Below, in pieces: positions 32,444 through 33,071 of a DNA stretch of 33,071 nucleotides (positions are counted from its first letter, which is position 1; every line of letters begins with the position of its first letter). The position numbers and the translations under genes were made by a program. The notes below the pieces were generated by a model. The model was not told where the DNA came from and did not search any database. It saw only the letters and a list, made by a program, of their open reading frames with translations. Origin of the DNA: Betaproteobacteria bacterium RIFCSPLOWO2_02_FULL_62_17 (GTDB lineage Bacteria; Pseudomonadota; Gammaproteobacteria; Burkholderiales; SG8-39); contig MEQV01000212.1 of NCBI GenBank assembly GCA_001770355.1, forward strand, positions 7,385 through 40,455. Direction: 5' to 3'.

Positions 32444-33071
32444 TCATGCGCCGCCATACGTCACGCCCGGCATTGGCTCTCCTATCGTTTCCGGCAGCAG
32501 CGGCGCCTGACCGTCGTGTAGCTGCTGGTCGAACACGCACAGCGTGATCGCGGTCGTGGCGTAGCTCGCGATCAGGGCGACGATGTTCAGAAGGCCGCGC
32601 TCGCCGAAAACCTTCAGGACCCGTGCATGGGTCCGCGAGCAGACCTTGTGGGCTCCGAGCGACCCCCTGGCGAGCTCGATTACGGCGGCTTCGTGCTCGG
32701 GAATGCCCGCGAGCGCTTTGCCATGCTTGATGAGATCGATTGTCCGCTGCGGGATGCCCTTGCGCCGCGCCACCGGTTCATGCATGGTCCACTCGAACTG
32801 GCTGTCCATTTGCCTCGCCGTGGCGAGTATCGCGATCTTGACCAGCAGCGGATCGATGCCCGCCTCGCTGCGCAGGTACCGATTGATTGCGCCCAAGTGC
32901 TTGCGCAGTTCCGGCATGCGCAAGAAAACTCCGCCCGGACCCTGAAGGCCGGCGAGATCCGGGCCGCCATCGCGGGGCTTGGCCAGCACGTCGTACGGGG
33001 CCTTTTCCAGCTCGCCCAGTTCTTCGCGGCGAATCGGCGACGGTCGCGAACGGCTCTCCGGACTGACGTCG
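32444..33071 (-). CDS. CMD/AhpD-like family protein (5'-partial, runs off the window)
   Basis: KIAILATARQMDSQFEWTMHEPVARRKGI motif. The reading frame stays open upstream of the GTG at 32989 (DVSPESRSRPSPIRREELGELEKAPYDVLAK) and aligns with residues 10-41 of the 15214 paralog, so the true start is outside the window. Confidence 0.72.
   Translation of the reverse strand, partial: DVSPESRSRPSPIRREELGELEKAPYDVLAKPRDGGPDLAGLQGPGGVFLRMPELRKHLGAINRYLRSEAGIDPLLVKIAILATARQMDSQFEWTMHEPVARRKGIPQRTIDLIKHGKALAGIPEHEAAVIELARGSLGAHKVCSRTHARVLKVFGERGLLNIVALIASYATTAITLCVFDQQLHDGQAPLLPETIGEPMPGVTYGGA

Noticed and set aside
32374-32476. 13-bp direct repeat CGCCCGGCATTGG at 32374-32386 and 32464-32476, spanning the 3' end of the CMD gene
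   Set aside because: It is short and GC-rich, with one copy inside coding sequence. It is plausibly chance, and I cannot support an att-site or other function without genome-wide statistics.
1-33071. Searched for UbiX (prFMN synthase), TctA/TctB membrane subunits, BCCP or biotin carboxylase, and rRNA/tRNA genes
   Set aside because: No ORF or sequence with the expected signatures is present in the window. Absence here says nothing about the rest of the genome.

Overview
High-GC (judged by eye, not computed), densely coding bacterial window. The five Bug/TctC-type binding proteins suggest a beta-proteobacterium, at low confidence. I found no rRNA, tRNA, CRISPR array, transposase or integrase. 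There are three blocks. (1) 1-8.35 kb is a plus-strand operon: NitT/TauT-type ABC ATPase and permease, a UbiD-family (de)carboxylase, a 64-aa four-Cys zinc-ribbon ORF, two translationally coupled GntR/HutC regulators, an NMT1-type binding protein, a class II aldolase/adducin-family protein, an MhpD-type hydratase/decarboxylase and an SDR. (2) 8.35-15.0 kb is a mixed stretch. It holds a structured intergenic region with a 40-bp tandem repeat, then a quinone oxidoreductase, an alpha/beta hydrolase and a DUF4124 protein. A small AT-rich islet follows with a vapBC-like toxin-antitoxin pair and a MITE-like inverted-repeat element, then three tandem Bug/TctC genes. (3) 15.2-33 kb is the most interesting block, a catabolic module bracketed by two inverted CMD-family paralogs. 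Its minus-strand operon encodes a thiolase-fold protein whose motifs look like the Ltp2 aldolase type (no Cys nucleophile, Tyr at the two catalytic positions), a DUF35 protein and a family III CoA-transferase. A 22-codon remnant of a hydantoinase-A gene follows directly downstream. The divergent plus-strand operon encodes a biotin-less OadA/5S-like carboxyltransferase, an SDR, an Asp/Glu-racemase-family protein with only one catalytic Cys, a FAD oxidoreductase and two Bug proteins. It continues with HyuA, a HyuB carrying a C-terminal acetone-carboxylase-gamma-like zinc domain, and three more redox/NTF2-like genes. I propose this block as a candidate undescribed ketone or beta-hydroxyacyl-CoA catabolic system. 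All family calls come from motif recognition by eye and need HMM or BLAST confirmation.
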